Source of the DNA: Takakia lepidozioides
Lineage: Eukaryota > Plantae > Bryophyta
Direction of reading: 5' to 3'
NCBI GenBank assembly: GCA_030704615.1
Contig: CM060734.1
Location: 6,882,001 to 6,946,000, forward strand
Length of the DNA stretch: 64,000 bases
Under the pieces are notes generated by a model, which was given only the letters and a program-made list of their open reading frames with translations, was not told the origin of the DNA and ran no database searches. Shown piece after piece: positions 1 through 12,881 of the stretch (its first letter is position 1; every line of letters begins with the position of its first letter). The translations under genes and the position numbers were made by a program.

Positions 1-339
1 ATGTAGCATGCTTCCAACGTCATGCTGGTTCTCTTCTTAAACAGCACTTTGGCTTCTCTCCTTATGGAGGTAGTTATGAAGCGTGACTGTTTGACAATTT
101 TGCACCGACTCATTGCTAGTTTTGCTCCTGCCTTACGTCTGCCACAGTACAGAACAGTTTGATGTGGAAGGGAACATATTAGGTGGGCCACATAGTTGTT
201 TTCATATAACCTTGTCTACCTTTGTAGAATTCAACTTTATCAAGACCAACATGACTTATATTCCATGAGTCCCTAGTAATCATCCTAGCAATCTCACATA
301 TGCCCACCTACGAGTCATTGTTGTTGAGAGACTAATGAC

Positions 340-1724
340 AGCAATGCCTTACTTGTGAAGCTGTTTGTGGTTGGATTCTGGGTGGTCAGGAAAAGGTATC
401 ATAGACCTCTCAAAAATGGACTTCCTCTGCCCAATCTGTCGCCGCCTAGCAAATGTGTTACTACCCCATGTGGATGCCTCAATTCTGAAGACGAGAGATA
501 CACAAGTGGAGGGAAAGGAGGTGGACGAATCAGGGAAAAATTGGCAAAGTTTCTGGCAACTTCATCAGATTCTAGTAGAAGCAATTGTGCGTTTTGCTCG
601 TCAGGTATTACTACCCCTTGTGCTTTCTGTGCTTAATCCTGTAAGGTGGTGTCCAATCAGCAAGTCCTTAGAGTCTGTGATTTGCGCCATGATAAAGAGT
701 TGGATCTTTCAAGACCTTCGATGCTACCAGTAGGTCATTTTTATGTGTTGACCTAAACAAATCGGTCTACCTCCTTTTGCCTTTATTTTTTCATTACTTT
801 TTCTGTCCATGGAGCAGAGTTTGAGGGTGAGAAGCAACTTTCCTCAAGAACCGGAAATGGAGGACCTGTCAAGCTGCTGGGTGAGTGCAAGGCACCCTTG
901 GAAGAAAGAGGACAAGGCTTTCAAAGCTTTTGTTTTTTTCTAACTTCAAATTCGTGAGATGTTTTGATATCTGCTATGCAATGCAGGCATTGGTTGCATG
1001 TATAGGGGGTTTTGCAGATTGCTGGAAGGTCTGATTTTGTTTGATGATTAAGCAGTCCTAATTTTAATCCATTTTTTTCTTCTTTTTTTGAGTGGTACAG
1101 GTTGTCGCTCACGTGTTTGGCTTGCCCTCCTTTCTCTTGAGCTATGAGAGAAGTGAATAATAAGAAAATTGTGTCTGAACTCTTCAGAATTTAGCCAAAG
1201 AAAGGATTTTGACGACAGCCTTCGAAAGCAAGAAAAGTGCAAAATTGCAAAATAACTCCCCAAACAAACTGGTGTGCCCGTCCGGGTGCTTTGGGAGGTG
1301 CTTGCAGCAAATATAATCCACACCGAAGTGGAGACAAGGGAAGATTTAACGGAAGTTGCATCATCTTCCACTGCACCAATTCAGCTTGGTGATGAGCACG
1401 TGGGGAGGAGACACAACCCACTGGATAGCCCTACGGGAGCTGGGCAAATTGGCGATGCTTGTCGATACAATGTGTTGTGGAGGTGGGTGGTTTGTGTTTG
1501 CTGCTTTGAGAGGAGACTGTCCTGTACAATGTTCTGGTCCGGTGCTTAAAGCTTACTGCAATTCACTTCCTGTCTTATCATGTCACACTTGCCTTGCCCT
1601 ATCTGTTTTATGTTTGGCCTTAGCACTTATCCAAGGAGATATGTTGAGCATGACATTTTGTATGAAATTTGAGAAACTGGCCTCTTGGACCAAAAGAATG
1701 TTTCAATTGAGGTTTCTACAATAG
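340..1724 (+). pseudogene. PRT6/UBR-type N-degron E3 ubiquitin ligase fragment (end of RING domain and downstream region), degraded
   Basis: ORF 365..733 contains IIDLSKMDFLCPICRRLANVLLP, matching the UBR1/PRT6 RING C-terminal signature (EFLCPxCRRLANxxLP). Downstream pieces (IIHTEVETR, HWIALRELGKLA) lie in different frames. Confidence 0.6.
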
Positions 1725-2137
1725 ACTTCCAACACTGCAAAACTAGCCTCTCTCTGTGGGATCTCTAAGATCGCAAGTCTTGATGCTCCATTGCAGCACA
1801 AGGAAGGCAGTCGATGACCTCATTGCTACAACATGAGCTGGAAGTGTTGAGGGACCACATCTGCAATATTCAGCAAGAGATCATGGAACCCTGTGCAGGA
1901 TAGGTTTATGCTCGACACTAGTAGTGACCATAGGTCACATAGTGACCTATGTGAGGATGTTGAGGAGAACTGTGAACAGGACAAGACTTCACAAAGGGGA
2001 GTGTTGTCTGGAAGTACAGGATTGGAGTCTATTCAACTGCCTTCTCGTCATCATCAGGTGGGCTGCTTCTGAAATGCTAATGCAAGAAAGCACAAACAAA
2101 GAATGTTCTAAGTAGATATGGTCTATGAGCTACAACA

Positions 2138-5100
2138 CTATGCAAGTCCGTAGCTAGAATCTAGAGTTGCGTAGTTTATCCTACGGAGCATGGTCTCCTC
2201 ATCCCCATAAAGAGGCAGGTAGAGGATAGAGAAGCAAGTAGAAGAGTATGGAAATCCCTCATCTGCACGAGGGAGCTTTTCTACCAAGATCCTCTTCCCT
2301 CCAAAACACTCTACGCCCGTGATGAAGACCACGAGGCGTGTGCGCTCAGAGTAGGTCATGCGATGTACGCAACTCCTGAAGAACTTGATCTGTTCTTCCT
2401 CAACGTTGAGGAAGGTGCACTTAGCCAAGAACTCCTTGGCATCAATGGTGGGAGCTCCATTAAAAACCACTCGGAGGGTCTCTGGAGGGAGCCCTTGCAA
2501 AGCGCCATGTATTTGAATGTCAGCCGGTCCCTGTGAGGTTGCCAAGAGGAATCCCTCCCTCATGGCTCTTCCAACCTCGACCCGGCCACTAAACAGGTGG
2601 CTATACACAATCGCCCAAACCTTCTCGTCCACCTGCTCTTCCCACCTGCCCTCCTCCAAGACAAGCTCGCAAAAGCTCCATCCGAGCTCGTCTGATAGCT
2701 CGTCCCTCCCAAAACAAGCCACCATATCTGTAGCGTCCTTGTAGGAGGTGCATTGCCTCAATGCCCTTAGGAATGCCCATTTCAAACCCCAACCCAACTG
2801 GAAATCCCTCTCCAGAGCCACTCTGAGGCTGCCTTCCACATCGTGCAGGGAGGAGTGAGTGGCCTCTGGCGCCTGATTGGAAAGGTGCTAGAAGGGTTGC
2901 AAAAGAGAAGGGCCTAGACAACTCCTCTGACTCTACCAAGAGGAAAATCAGATACCCCAACATCCTAGTTGCATCTAGTTGCATATCTGGACGCACAATG
3001 TCTTCGTCTGGCAGAGGATGAAGAATGCGGCCTTGCCTTCGATCTGGATAATTGAAAATACAATTGTAGGCCTGTAGCAATGCAGCAAAATGGTTTTGGC
3101 TTCTGTTAGGAACATCAGGTCCAACTTCAGCAGTTACTAGGTTCCAACATAGTATTTTAGCAAGTGTGTCTTGTACTGAATCGGTGATTGTGTCATGGTT
3201 TATTCTTCTACGCCAATGACATTCTGGTTTTGTAGTCTGTCAGTCAAGCCAGCAAGGAAAACTTTATGAAGTGATAGGTTGGAGGGAGGAGGCTCTCACA
3301 AAGGGGCGGGTCTGGAATTGCTTCCAGGCGTTACTGAGCCAAGTGTCTCACAGCCCAGGTTTCTGCCTCCTCCATGCCGCTTTTGTGCACATATTTCACC
3401 TGTAGTTTATGCATGGCTTCCGGCCCATTCAGGTTGACCTCATTCCAATGTTCAGTGAAAGCGTTCAGCTCTTTTCCTTGGTGTACCTGCTCAATACCAA
3501 GGAAACGACAGTGAATATGTGTGTTTGCATATATAGGTAGATCAATTGAACATGTCAAGGACATAGGGAATATGGAATACATACCATGATGTGTTTTGTA
3601 GGGCGCTTAGAGTTTGTGTAACTGTAGAGAATGTGATTCAAATAGACTTTTTGATGAGCAAGGAGGGCGTCCTCAACCTTCCCCCTTGCCTCCAAAACCT
3701 CAGTCTCATCTAGTTGTGCCATTTGCTCTGTGCGACACATCAAGCGGAGTTTGGCTTCGGTGAAATCTGTGAAAGCAGGATCGTGAAGGATCCTGTCTAT
3801 ATCCTGTAGGCTCCAAACACCTGGAGCTGGCCCTCCTCCACCAAAATTGGAAACGAGTGCATGTGCAAGCATGCACTCTTTTGCATTGACTCCTCAAAAG
3901 TATCCCATTCTCGCCAAAATGGGCGAGCCTTCAGCTCAAATGCCCAGTGGATGTCTACAGGGGCGTACATTGCGAGCGCAGGGTGTCTGCCAAGATTGGA
4001 CAGCTCTGCCTCAGAGTTCATTACGCCTCTGCGAAGCTCTCTTCTGTTGCACAAAGTGCGATAGACAGGACTGTCACTTGAATCAATCCCAAGGGCATAA
4101 GCCTCGAAAGCTTTCCAAAAGGTGTCGGCTTTTGCCTCCTCATGGGGGTGGTACACTTGGCAGCCCCCCCCCTGTCACCCTGATCTCCAAGGCTGCAAAG
4201 TACTGTTGATGGCATGCAATCCATCGTTCTTGCAGTGTGTCAAGGGAGATGAAACGATATGTTGATGGAATGACCTGTACTGGAGGGTGCTGGAGTGGAG
4301 GATGTTGATGTAGTGGCCGCTGTTGGAGTGGGGTGAGGTGTCGATGTTGAGGTGATCGGGTCTGCCAGAGCTGCCATGACAGGGGAAGTCACTTCTAGGT
4401 CGTCATAGTTTTGGCAGTGACTATTGAATCTCACAACTGAAGAGACTTGATCAAACTCATGAGACATGGTGTCCATTAAAATACCTGGTCCACCTCCTGT
4501 CAGATCAATTGCGGAGCTTCTGTCAAGTCTTGATGGTGAAGGTCCACCAGCTCCTAGATTCTTGTATGGCTACTTCTAGAATTTGTGGGAGCATTTCCAG
4601 GGGTTGATGTTTGGCGTAAAGAAGGATTTGGTGTTGTTGGTGCTGCTCCTCTTAGAGGATGGGCATCTTGATCATCATCCCTACCTACATTCAACATAGA
4701 AGTGTAGGAGGTAATCGCTGCCCTAGGTAGAACAACAGGATCTGGACAATACACAATGTATGTGTTCGCTGGGACTGCACCAAATGGACTTTGACATGTA
4801 GGAGCAAAGGGGTGGAGCTTGAAGCCCCTCTCTGAGCCTGTTCCTTCTGGTCTTCTGTTGCACTTGTAAAAAAGTCCAGAAAACAAAGTTCCACGGGTGT
4901 GTTGATATTGGGGCAGCCTAGAAAAGGCCTCCGCTATTGCGAACTCGATGGATGTGCGAGCATATGGGGTAGGGTACATATACCCACACCATCTTGATGT
5001 TGCAGGCTGTGAAACAACGATTGAGGGTACGTCTGAAGGCCACGAGGCCACCATGGGAAAAGTAAAGCCGACTTTGCAAGTCCATACTGTAGCCCTCGGC

Positions 5101-5381
5101 AAGGTATAAATAGTTCGGCTCATAATGCGTGGTGCTCGTGTTGAACGTTGCCGTCTGGAGGCACTAAGTTGACTGTTGTTAGGGGCTCCTCTCCGGCTGG
5201 AATGTCCAAAAATTGGTGGGTAAGCAAATCCCTGACCTGCCCATTGAATTGGAGATGGAAATACGGCCCTTCGTAGTGTAGGAGGATGCTCGTCTTCCAT
5301 GTCTTCTTTCATGTCTTCCCTGGCTTCCATGTCATCTTTGCACGCCATGTCATCTTGGTAGTGGTGCATCCTGGCAGTCAA
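2138..5381 (-). pseudogene. Intronless HECT-domain E3 ubiquitin ligase-like gene, fragmented by stops and frameshifts
   Basis: ORF 2138..2839 ends with a HECT C-lobe (IKFFRSCVHRMTYSERTRLVVFITG...FPYSSTCFSILYLPLYGDEETMLRRINYATLDSSYGLA) with the catalytic Cys in the PxxxTCFxxLxLPxY motif. Co-directional ORF pieces at 2601-3080, 3331-3582, 3555-3872, 3797-4156, 4240-4476 and 4554-5381. Confidence 0.75.
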
Positions 5382-5772
5382 ATTTCCGCTGTTAGTGTAG
5401 CAATTGTTCCCATTTCTTGATTCCCCTCATGTATCTCGTCCTTTCTAACAATCCATGATTGGCACTATATGAAATTGATGTCAATTAGGAGTTGTACCTG
5501 TACATTAGGCACGGACAGTGGCTGCAGTAAAACTCTTGGTCTCTTTCAGACTGAAGGGTCCAAATGAGGGAACCCTTTAGGATGAACATAATAGGGAACG
5601 GATGATCGTTGGATGCATTTTGGATGAAAAATTACACACGTGAGTAAACCATGGATGACGGCAACAACACGTATCGTGGGGGATCAACATGCGCAGGGAA
5701 GCAGGCATTAAGCTGTCGTCAACGACAGCTTAACTCGCAGCCCCAGTCAGCACATGAAAATGAACCCATGAA

Positions 5773-7030
5773 TTATACTGCATGAGTTTAAATTTGAAGT
5801 TGTTTACGTTTGGACGTTTGCATCTTGTGGCAGATCACTTGTCACGCCTTTCAACGGGAGAACTCGCCACAGGGGTAGATAATCAACTACCTGATGCAAG
5901 TTTATCAGCAGAAGTAGGAGCAGATGACTGGTTAGATTGGCAGTGGTCAATCAGATATTACCTAACTCATGGACAGTGCCCATCTAGTCATGGGAAGGAA
6001 CAAAATTGTACAAGCTGGGACCAGTTGGAGTCCTAAAGAGATGCTTGTACCATCATGAAATTAATAAAGTCTTGGAAGACATTCACAAAGGGATAGCTGG
6101 AGGACATCATGGAGAGAGACTATCAACCGGAAAATACTACTTGCAGGATACTGGTGGCCTGGGCCTACTGAACCATTCCAGAAATGGGGATTAGACTTTG
6201 TTGGGCCAATCAATCCACTAGCCAGGAACACCCAGAACAAGTATATAATCACAGCCACAGATTATACCATTAAGTGGGTAGAAGCCAAAGAACTGCGAGA
6301 TAACATAGCGAAATCTACAGCCAGATTTCTTTATGAGAACATAATCATGAGATTTGATTGTCCCTTATAATTTATCAGTGACCAAGGGAGTCATCTTATT
6401 AATGAGACCATTGAACTGTTGACTAAGGAGTTCATGATTGTGGACAGGAAGAGTACAACTTATTACCCTCATGGTAATGGGCAGGCTAAGGCTACCAATA
6501 AGATATTGTACACCATTTTGGTTAAGATAGTCAATGCCAACAGAACTGATTGGGATACAAAGCTGTTAACAACTTTGTGGTCTTACAGGACTTCATACAA
6601 GGTCACTACAAAGTATACACCATTTCAATTAGTCTATGGCATGGAAGCTCTAATTCCAATGGAATTCTTATTACCTACCATGAGAACTGAATGGGGAAGG
6701 AGAATGGAATTGGAGGATTCAATTAAAGTAAGGAAACATGTACTATATCATGTGGAAGAAGTATGTGCTGATGCAGCAGATAACATGGCCAGAATTCAGA
6801 TGAAAAGAAAGGATCGGTTTGATGAATGCAAACTAAAAACTCTTAAGACAGGAGATTTGGTACTGTGGTTGTAGAAGAAGGGAAAGATTAAAGCTTCTAA
6901 GCTTAAATCACCATGGAAGGGACCTTATGTCATACAGAAGATGTATGATAACAACACAACTATGTTACAAATAATTAACAAAGAAATGCTTGGTAGAGTC
7001 AATGCCAACAAATTGAAGGGATACAGCGGT
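5773..7030 (+). pseudogene. Gypsy RNase H C-terminus and integrase (HHCC, DDE core, GPY tail)
   Basis: HEFKFEVVY..GRLHLVADHLSRL; HKGIAGGHHG; KWGLDFVGPINP; ISDQGSHLIN; YYPHGNGQAKATNK; WKGPYVI. Several frameshifts and stops. Confidence 0.9.
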
Positions 7031-8628
7031 ATCCATGATAGACCATTACAGCATGATTTGCATGTTGAACCACAAGCGCAGTCACAGACTACACCAGTAG
7101 CACTAGCAGAGCATGAAGTACTTGTCATATCACCGAATGTGTATGGCCATAGCAGAGAACACAGAGGTTTGCACAGCGTCACAACCCATCACAGGCAACG
7201 TAGCCCACACAGGTTGCACAGTCCATAGGAGCAGTGACAAGTGGACACGAGTTAACAATAGTAAAGTGGCCGGTAAGTAAAAAGACAGTTTGGGAGTCAA
7301 ATTCGGATAATGTGCCACGGGGTCAGAAGAAGACGGGAGAGTGTTTGAATTCAAACACGTGGCCTATGGAGCGCAACACTCCGCATTGCTTGTATTGTAG
7401 TAACGAGCGTCATCACACAAGAAGACAAGCAGGGCCGTCAAAATATCTACCCGGTACTTCAGCCGAAACTTATCACGAACCCATTAATGCACCAAGAGGA
7501 CAGGTGGCAAAACACTTTACGCGTCCGGCAAAGGGTAACCTTTGCCACATATGCAGTCCTAGTGATCATTCCAGGATAGAATATGAACAGAATAGGGTAA
7601 AAATAAAAAATTACCTAATGATGCAACGGCCAATCAACAACGCGAATTTTGTGCAAGGGGCTCCATTCAAGAAACAAGGCCAAGAAACCAAGAAGATCAT
7701 GAGCGGCAGAGTCAGTGTTATCCCGGCTAACCATTGTTTCCGCGAGAGGATTAATCAAGGCTATAGCCTTGTAGCTATGGCGGATATCACGGACTATACA
7801 CTAGCTCTACTTCTTACGCAGTGGCGCAAGGAAGGACAGGACGAAAGTACTTTCTCTCTCACGCATTGTTTGCAAGCCCCGCAAGCTTACACACACCTAC
7901 ATGTTTCATTCTGCGTTAATCACACTTTCATGCTATACGCATTGCAAGGTTTCTTGCAACTATTCCAAACAAGGCCTTCTTGTTTGTCCGGTATGAAGCG
8001 AATCAGAGAGATGGAGGATCTACGAGTGAAGAGCACTACGATACTACAAAAGCAAACAATTGCCACTCCCCAGGTAGTGCAGCTGTTAAAGAACTTGAGG
8101 TTGGAGGGACCGTTGCGTAAATAATGGTCTTTGCATCCCTTGGCTAGACTAGAAGGCTCCGTTACCATATAACCATATGGCAAGCAGGTCTGAAAAGCTG
8201 TTCTTGGTGTAAACTTGATCCACAAGATATCCTTGGGGATCAAATTCTTTACCAGTTCAAGCTCTTCATGCATATGAGTGAAAACATTCACTCTTGACTC
8301 TTCCCAGCTTTCAAACTCTATTCGCTTTATGGATATCAACGCTATCACATATGTCAATGTTGGTAACCAACTCGTTCTCCCTTTACAGGACACTTGATAA
8401 ATCTTTATCACTCATTTCTCCAAACCTCACTCTGGATCAATATCATGCACTCTCTTGAGAATATTTTCCTTGCAACCGTCTGGCAATTCTAAGAACTTCT
8501 GAAAGAATTACTTGGACAATCTTTCTTTCTAAGTTTCACAGGAAATTTGATCCACATCAAATTCTTTGATTCTTCATCCACCATGATCCCACCAGATGCC
8601 TATCACATCTGGTTGTTCTTGACTCAGT

Positions 8629-8648
8629 TCCCCAGTATGGTCACCAAA
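8629..8648 (-). promoter_or_regulatory. Putative primer-binding site (PBS)
   Basis: The minus strand reads ...tcaaca|ttTGGtgaccatactgggaa directly after the LTR end. The tRNA identity was not determined. Confidence 0.6.
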
Positions 8649-9650
8649 TGTTGAGCGGCTTTTACTCACCCATCCCTTAGCTATCCGAGGTGGAAACTCC
8701 AAGATAGAAGAGTTGGAAATCTCTAAGCACTCGGCCCGCTGAGAACAATCAGTCAAGACCTACAGCTAGTGTATCATGGGGGTGCTTTCCTATATCTATT
8801 CCTTCTTGCATTCATGTTTAGTAAGTTACCTTACTGCCTAGGTTTAAGTATCAAATTGCTTCTGCAATCTACCATGTTCTATCTACTTAAGCATTCATTC
8901 CACAACTTCACTTAGATCTCTCTACACAGTGTGAGTATGAAATATGAATCATATTAATATATATCATGTATCAGGCCGAAGCCATGGTGTCTCTATTCTG
9001 CCCTACAGTACATCTCTACGGCTTGCATGTATCAAGTTACATCAGATCTTCTTCTTCTCCTCCATGTGCTCTCTCGTCCCCTCTGCTCCAAGATCGTGCT
9101 CTCCCCCGAAGTGATGCCAGAAGTGATCCCCTCCATGTAGCTACTCTGCATAATGTATCTGCAAGCTGTTCTAACTGCCTAACTAACTAACTGTCAGCCA
9201 AGATAATACGTAAATATTGTCGTTCCCCTTGCTGTTGACGTTGCCGCACACTCGTTCCCTGCCAGTGATAACCGCTCCCTATGTCAAGCTGTGACTTGTG
9301 TGACGTTGTGATGGGCTGTGCCAAGCTGTGTCGGGCTGTGACCTGTGTGACGTTGTGATGGGCTGTGCCAAGCTGTGTCGGGCTGTGACTGGCTGTGACG
9401 TGTAGGGCTTTGACTGGCTGTGTTGTATCGGGCTGTGTTGGCTGTGTCAGGTTGTGACTGTGTCTGGCTGTGGCTAACTGTGATAGGTTGTGTAAGCCTG
9501 TGACTGCTGACTGTGTGAGCCTGTTTGCCACCCCTAAGATATCCCTAAGGCTTGTGCCGGTCTGAGTCTACCACCCCTAAGAACTGCGCAAAATTAAGGG
9601 TACCCCACAGAACCCGTAAAACTATCTAAGTCCCATACATCCCTGTAACA
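8649..9650 (-). repeat. 5' LTR of the Gypsy element (now inverted relative to the 3' LTR)
   Basis: Reverse complement of 18669-19669 with scattered transitions. TG...CA termini. Contains internal ctgtg/cacag tandem repeats (~9290-9520). Confidence 0.92.
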
Positions 9651-10857
9651 CCAACGTGGCCATACTCTACTGCCCTCTGCAAGCCAAGTACCTCAGCGTC
9701 GTCCCCGACGACAATGGGCTGGCCGTTGTTGAGGAGGATTTGCTTTGCATAACATTCCACTTTGAACCAGGGACCGTCCATATGCTCAGAGAGGTAAACG
9801 ACAATATAGGGAAGATCGAGAGCGCACAGGTTCAGAAGCCGCATAAACGCAATGGCCGGAGAGAATGGAGAGTTACAGCGGCCAGGTATTGCGTTCATGG
9901 AGATCAGAGACGTCTTTCCACGGACACTGTACTCACGCCGGGAACAACTGCTTCGGTGGCTCAGGTCCCCAAAGCCGTCGTCATCAAAATAGAATAGACC
10001 ACCTCCACCACGTTTGTGGCGCTCTCCGATAGTTTGGAAGACGAAATCACTGAGCTCCCTCCTCCAACGAACCGTAATGTTCTAGTGGACCCGGATGTGC
10101 AAGAGATAAGCAGTGTCATTCTGAAATTGCAATCATTGAGAGGGTTGCTAGGATGCAAAAATGATGTTAGAGGCATTGCCTGGGAGACACAGCGGATCCA
10201 ACGAGCAAAATTCCTTCCCACCGATTTTGATGGTGATATCATTTTTGAACTGCCACCTGCGACTTCTTGTGGAGGTTTGGTTGGTCTCATGTCGGGCATG
10301 GACAAGAAGCACGATGGGCACCCATGGTGTCGGACAAAAAATTCTAATATATGCAACCCGCATGGCTTGAAGTTCCGGAGATCCATTTGCGTGGGGCACC
10401 CACGTTGTGCAAATTCAGATTGTCAGCATTTCCAAATGGCCGGTTTGGAAAATGAGACGGAGTGGGAGGGTGTCTGTGACAACCCATTCCAAGTACAGTG
10501 TGCTCCTCCAAAGGGCAGTTTGCTCGTTTGCAAGTTCTGTAAAGTCGTGCCACAATGCTTAGCAGAATGCAATGCACGGATGTACTACGTGCTGCACCGT
10601 TTCAACAACCTCACACGGGCATGTATCCATTTCGGCACTCATGCACATCCAGTGTCGCAAGGAGAGTGCAGGGACAGTGTTGACACAGTGCATTCGCTGC
10701 TTCAACAGGAATTTCATAATGCTCTCACTGCCTTACCATCGGCCATTGTTCTGGCAGCAATCAAGGGCTTCCTGCAAAAACATCTCTTTGGGGAATCAGA
10801 GGAATCAACGACAAAGTTTGATGCGACATCGCTTGACTTTGTATTGGACCATTTTTC
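9651..10857 (+). pseudogene. GCM/WRKY-like zinc-finger ORF of an older, probably transposon-derived element; the insertion target of the Gypsy
   Basis: DGHPWCRTKNSNI...RRSICVGHPRCANSDC...CKFCKVVPQCLAECNARMYYV...RACIHFGTHAHPV. ORFs 9656 and 10016 are in one frame with a single TAG between them. The frame stays open across the reconstructed empty site into 19670-19760 (minus strand). Confidence 0.55.
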
Positions 10858-12860
10858 AGCCATCTTGCTATCATTCACTTATCAAAGGCTTGTTCACCAA
10901 ATAAATCAGAGCCTGATGATCCACATAGAACATAAATTTCCTTCCCAGCAAATAATGCCTGAACTTCTTGACTGAATAAATTATTGCCAAAGCTTCTCTT
11001 TCGGTGGTGCTATAGTTCCTTTCAGTACTGTTGCTAGCATAATACACCGGTGAATCTATGTTTCCTGTGACATTTTGGGCTAACACAGCTCCCTATGCTT
11101 CTCCAGAGGCATCACAATGTACATGAAATACCATATGTCTATGTGGGTTAATCAGCACAAGTGTAGTTGTTACTGACAATGTAAGTTCCTTGAAGGCGTG
11201 TTGGCACTCAGCTGTCCATGCAAACCTTGCATCCTTCTTCAAGAGCTCGCTCAATGGTGCTGCCTTCTGTGCATATCATCTGACAAACCTTCTGTAATAA
11301 TTGGTTTGTCCAAGGAACCTCCTTAGAGCCTTAACGTTACTTGGTGGTGGAGAGGCTTTAATAGCCTCAGTCTTTCTAGGATCTATAAGCAGTCCTTTTT
11401 TACACACAATGTGTCCCTAAAGAACTCCTAAGTTCACACAGAAAGTACATTTTTTCTGGATTCAGCCCAAGACCTCTCATCCTGCATCTGGCCAAACATA
11501 ATTTCAATTTCTGCAAGTGCTCATTCTTAGAGCTGTAAACACTGAAGTCATCTAAGAATACTTGCATGAAATCATCCAAATATTCATGAAAAGATTCACT
11601 GATCACTCTCTGGAAAATTACTGGTGCATTACAGAGTCCAAAAGACATGACTTTGTATGCATAAGCACCCCAGTCTGTGATGAAAGCAGTCTTTCCCTGG
11701 AGTCATTCAGTTTCTTGTAGTTAACACAAACTCTCAGTTTGTCATTCTTCTTTGGTACTATCACAACAGGTGATAGCCATGTTATGTACTCTATTGGGTA
11801 TATGAACTTAGCATCAGCCAGTTTCTTGATCTTCTCTCCCACCTTCTGTGCATAATTAGGATTCATTCGGTACCGTGCTTGCGTAACAGGTACAGAATCA
11901 GGTTCCAACTCAATTATGTTGGCAAATCTCAGGTGGTATCCCTTTCAAGTCTTCATAACTCCATGCAAATATATCCTTGTATTTTATGAACAAACTCTTG
12001 GCTTCCTCAAAGAATTCAGGTTCCAAGTCTACTCCTATTTTAACCATTCTTGATTCTTCCTCAATTCCCACATCTCTCACCTGCTCTTCAGCTGTGATTG
12101 TCCATCCAGCCACTATTTCATCCTGCAAACTAACAGTGGTTGGTTCCTCTAGGGTCTATATTTCTTCCTCTCTTTCCTCATAGAAATGTGGTGGATAACT
12201 GCTTGTTTCCCCCTCTATTGGTGTTGCTGTTACTACACCACAACGTATACCGTTGAGACAACTCAGTCCTCCCAGTTGCATTTCTGCAACTTGATCCCAC
12301 TCTGGGTGTGCAGCAAACAGAGCAAGTCCTCCCCTCCAGTCATACTCCCTGACTCCACGAGGTCTTCTGGTAGCAGGTAGTCTACCTGATTTCTTAGTTG
12401 AAATCTGTATTTTGTGCTTATCCTTGCGCACAGTTAGAATTTGAGTATTCCAGTCATGAAATACCTTGGCCTGTTTCAGCCATGGTCGTCCTAGCAGTAA
12501 AGAATAAGCTTCCATGACATCATCCATTTTCAATACAGTCAAAGTGATCTTAAAGACCAACTTTTGAATCTGTAATTTTACTAATCTTATCAAGCCCAAT
12601 GGCTGTACACTTCTTTGATCTGCCATTGTTACTGTGAATGGGGCTGGTTTCATGTTACTCAGACCAAGCTTTTGCCTTAATTGGTCTGTCATGATATTCA
12701 CTCCTGAGCCACCATCTATCAGTACATCAGTCAGGTCTATGCTTCCAATTCTCAATTGGATTACTGGCATGAAATCATCAAAGTCTGTGATAGTTTCCCG
12801 CCCTTCAGGCTTCACATTATAACTTGTCACCTTGCTGTTCAGGTCTGTATTTTCTGTCAC
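10858..12860 (-). pseudogene. Gypsy pol: aspartic protease, reverse transcriptase, RNase H
   Basis: VLIDGGSGVNIM (protease); WLSPVVIVPKKNDKLRVCVNYKKLN, MSFGLCNAPVIFQR and VFLDDF (RT, with an internal deletion); NYSTTEREALAIIYSVKKFRHYLLG..VDHQAL (RNase H). Confidence 0.95.
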
Positions 12861-12881
12861 ATGAGCAATCTGATTGATTGC

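Noticed and set aside
7234-8124. 296-aa ORF as an independent gene
   Set aside because: Mostly the spacer after the integrase. Only its last ~45 codons belong to the extra ORF that continues at 15341.
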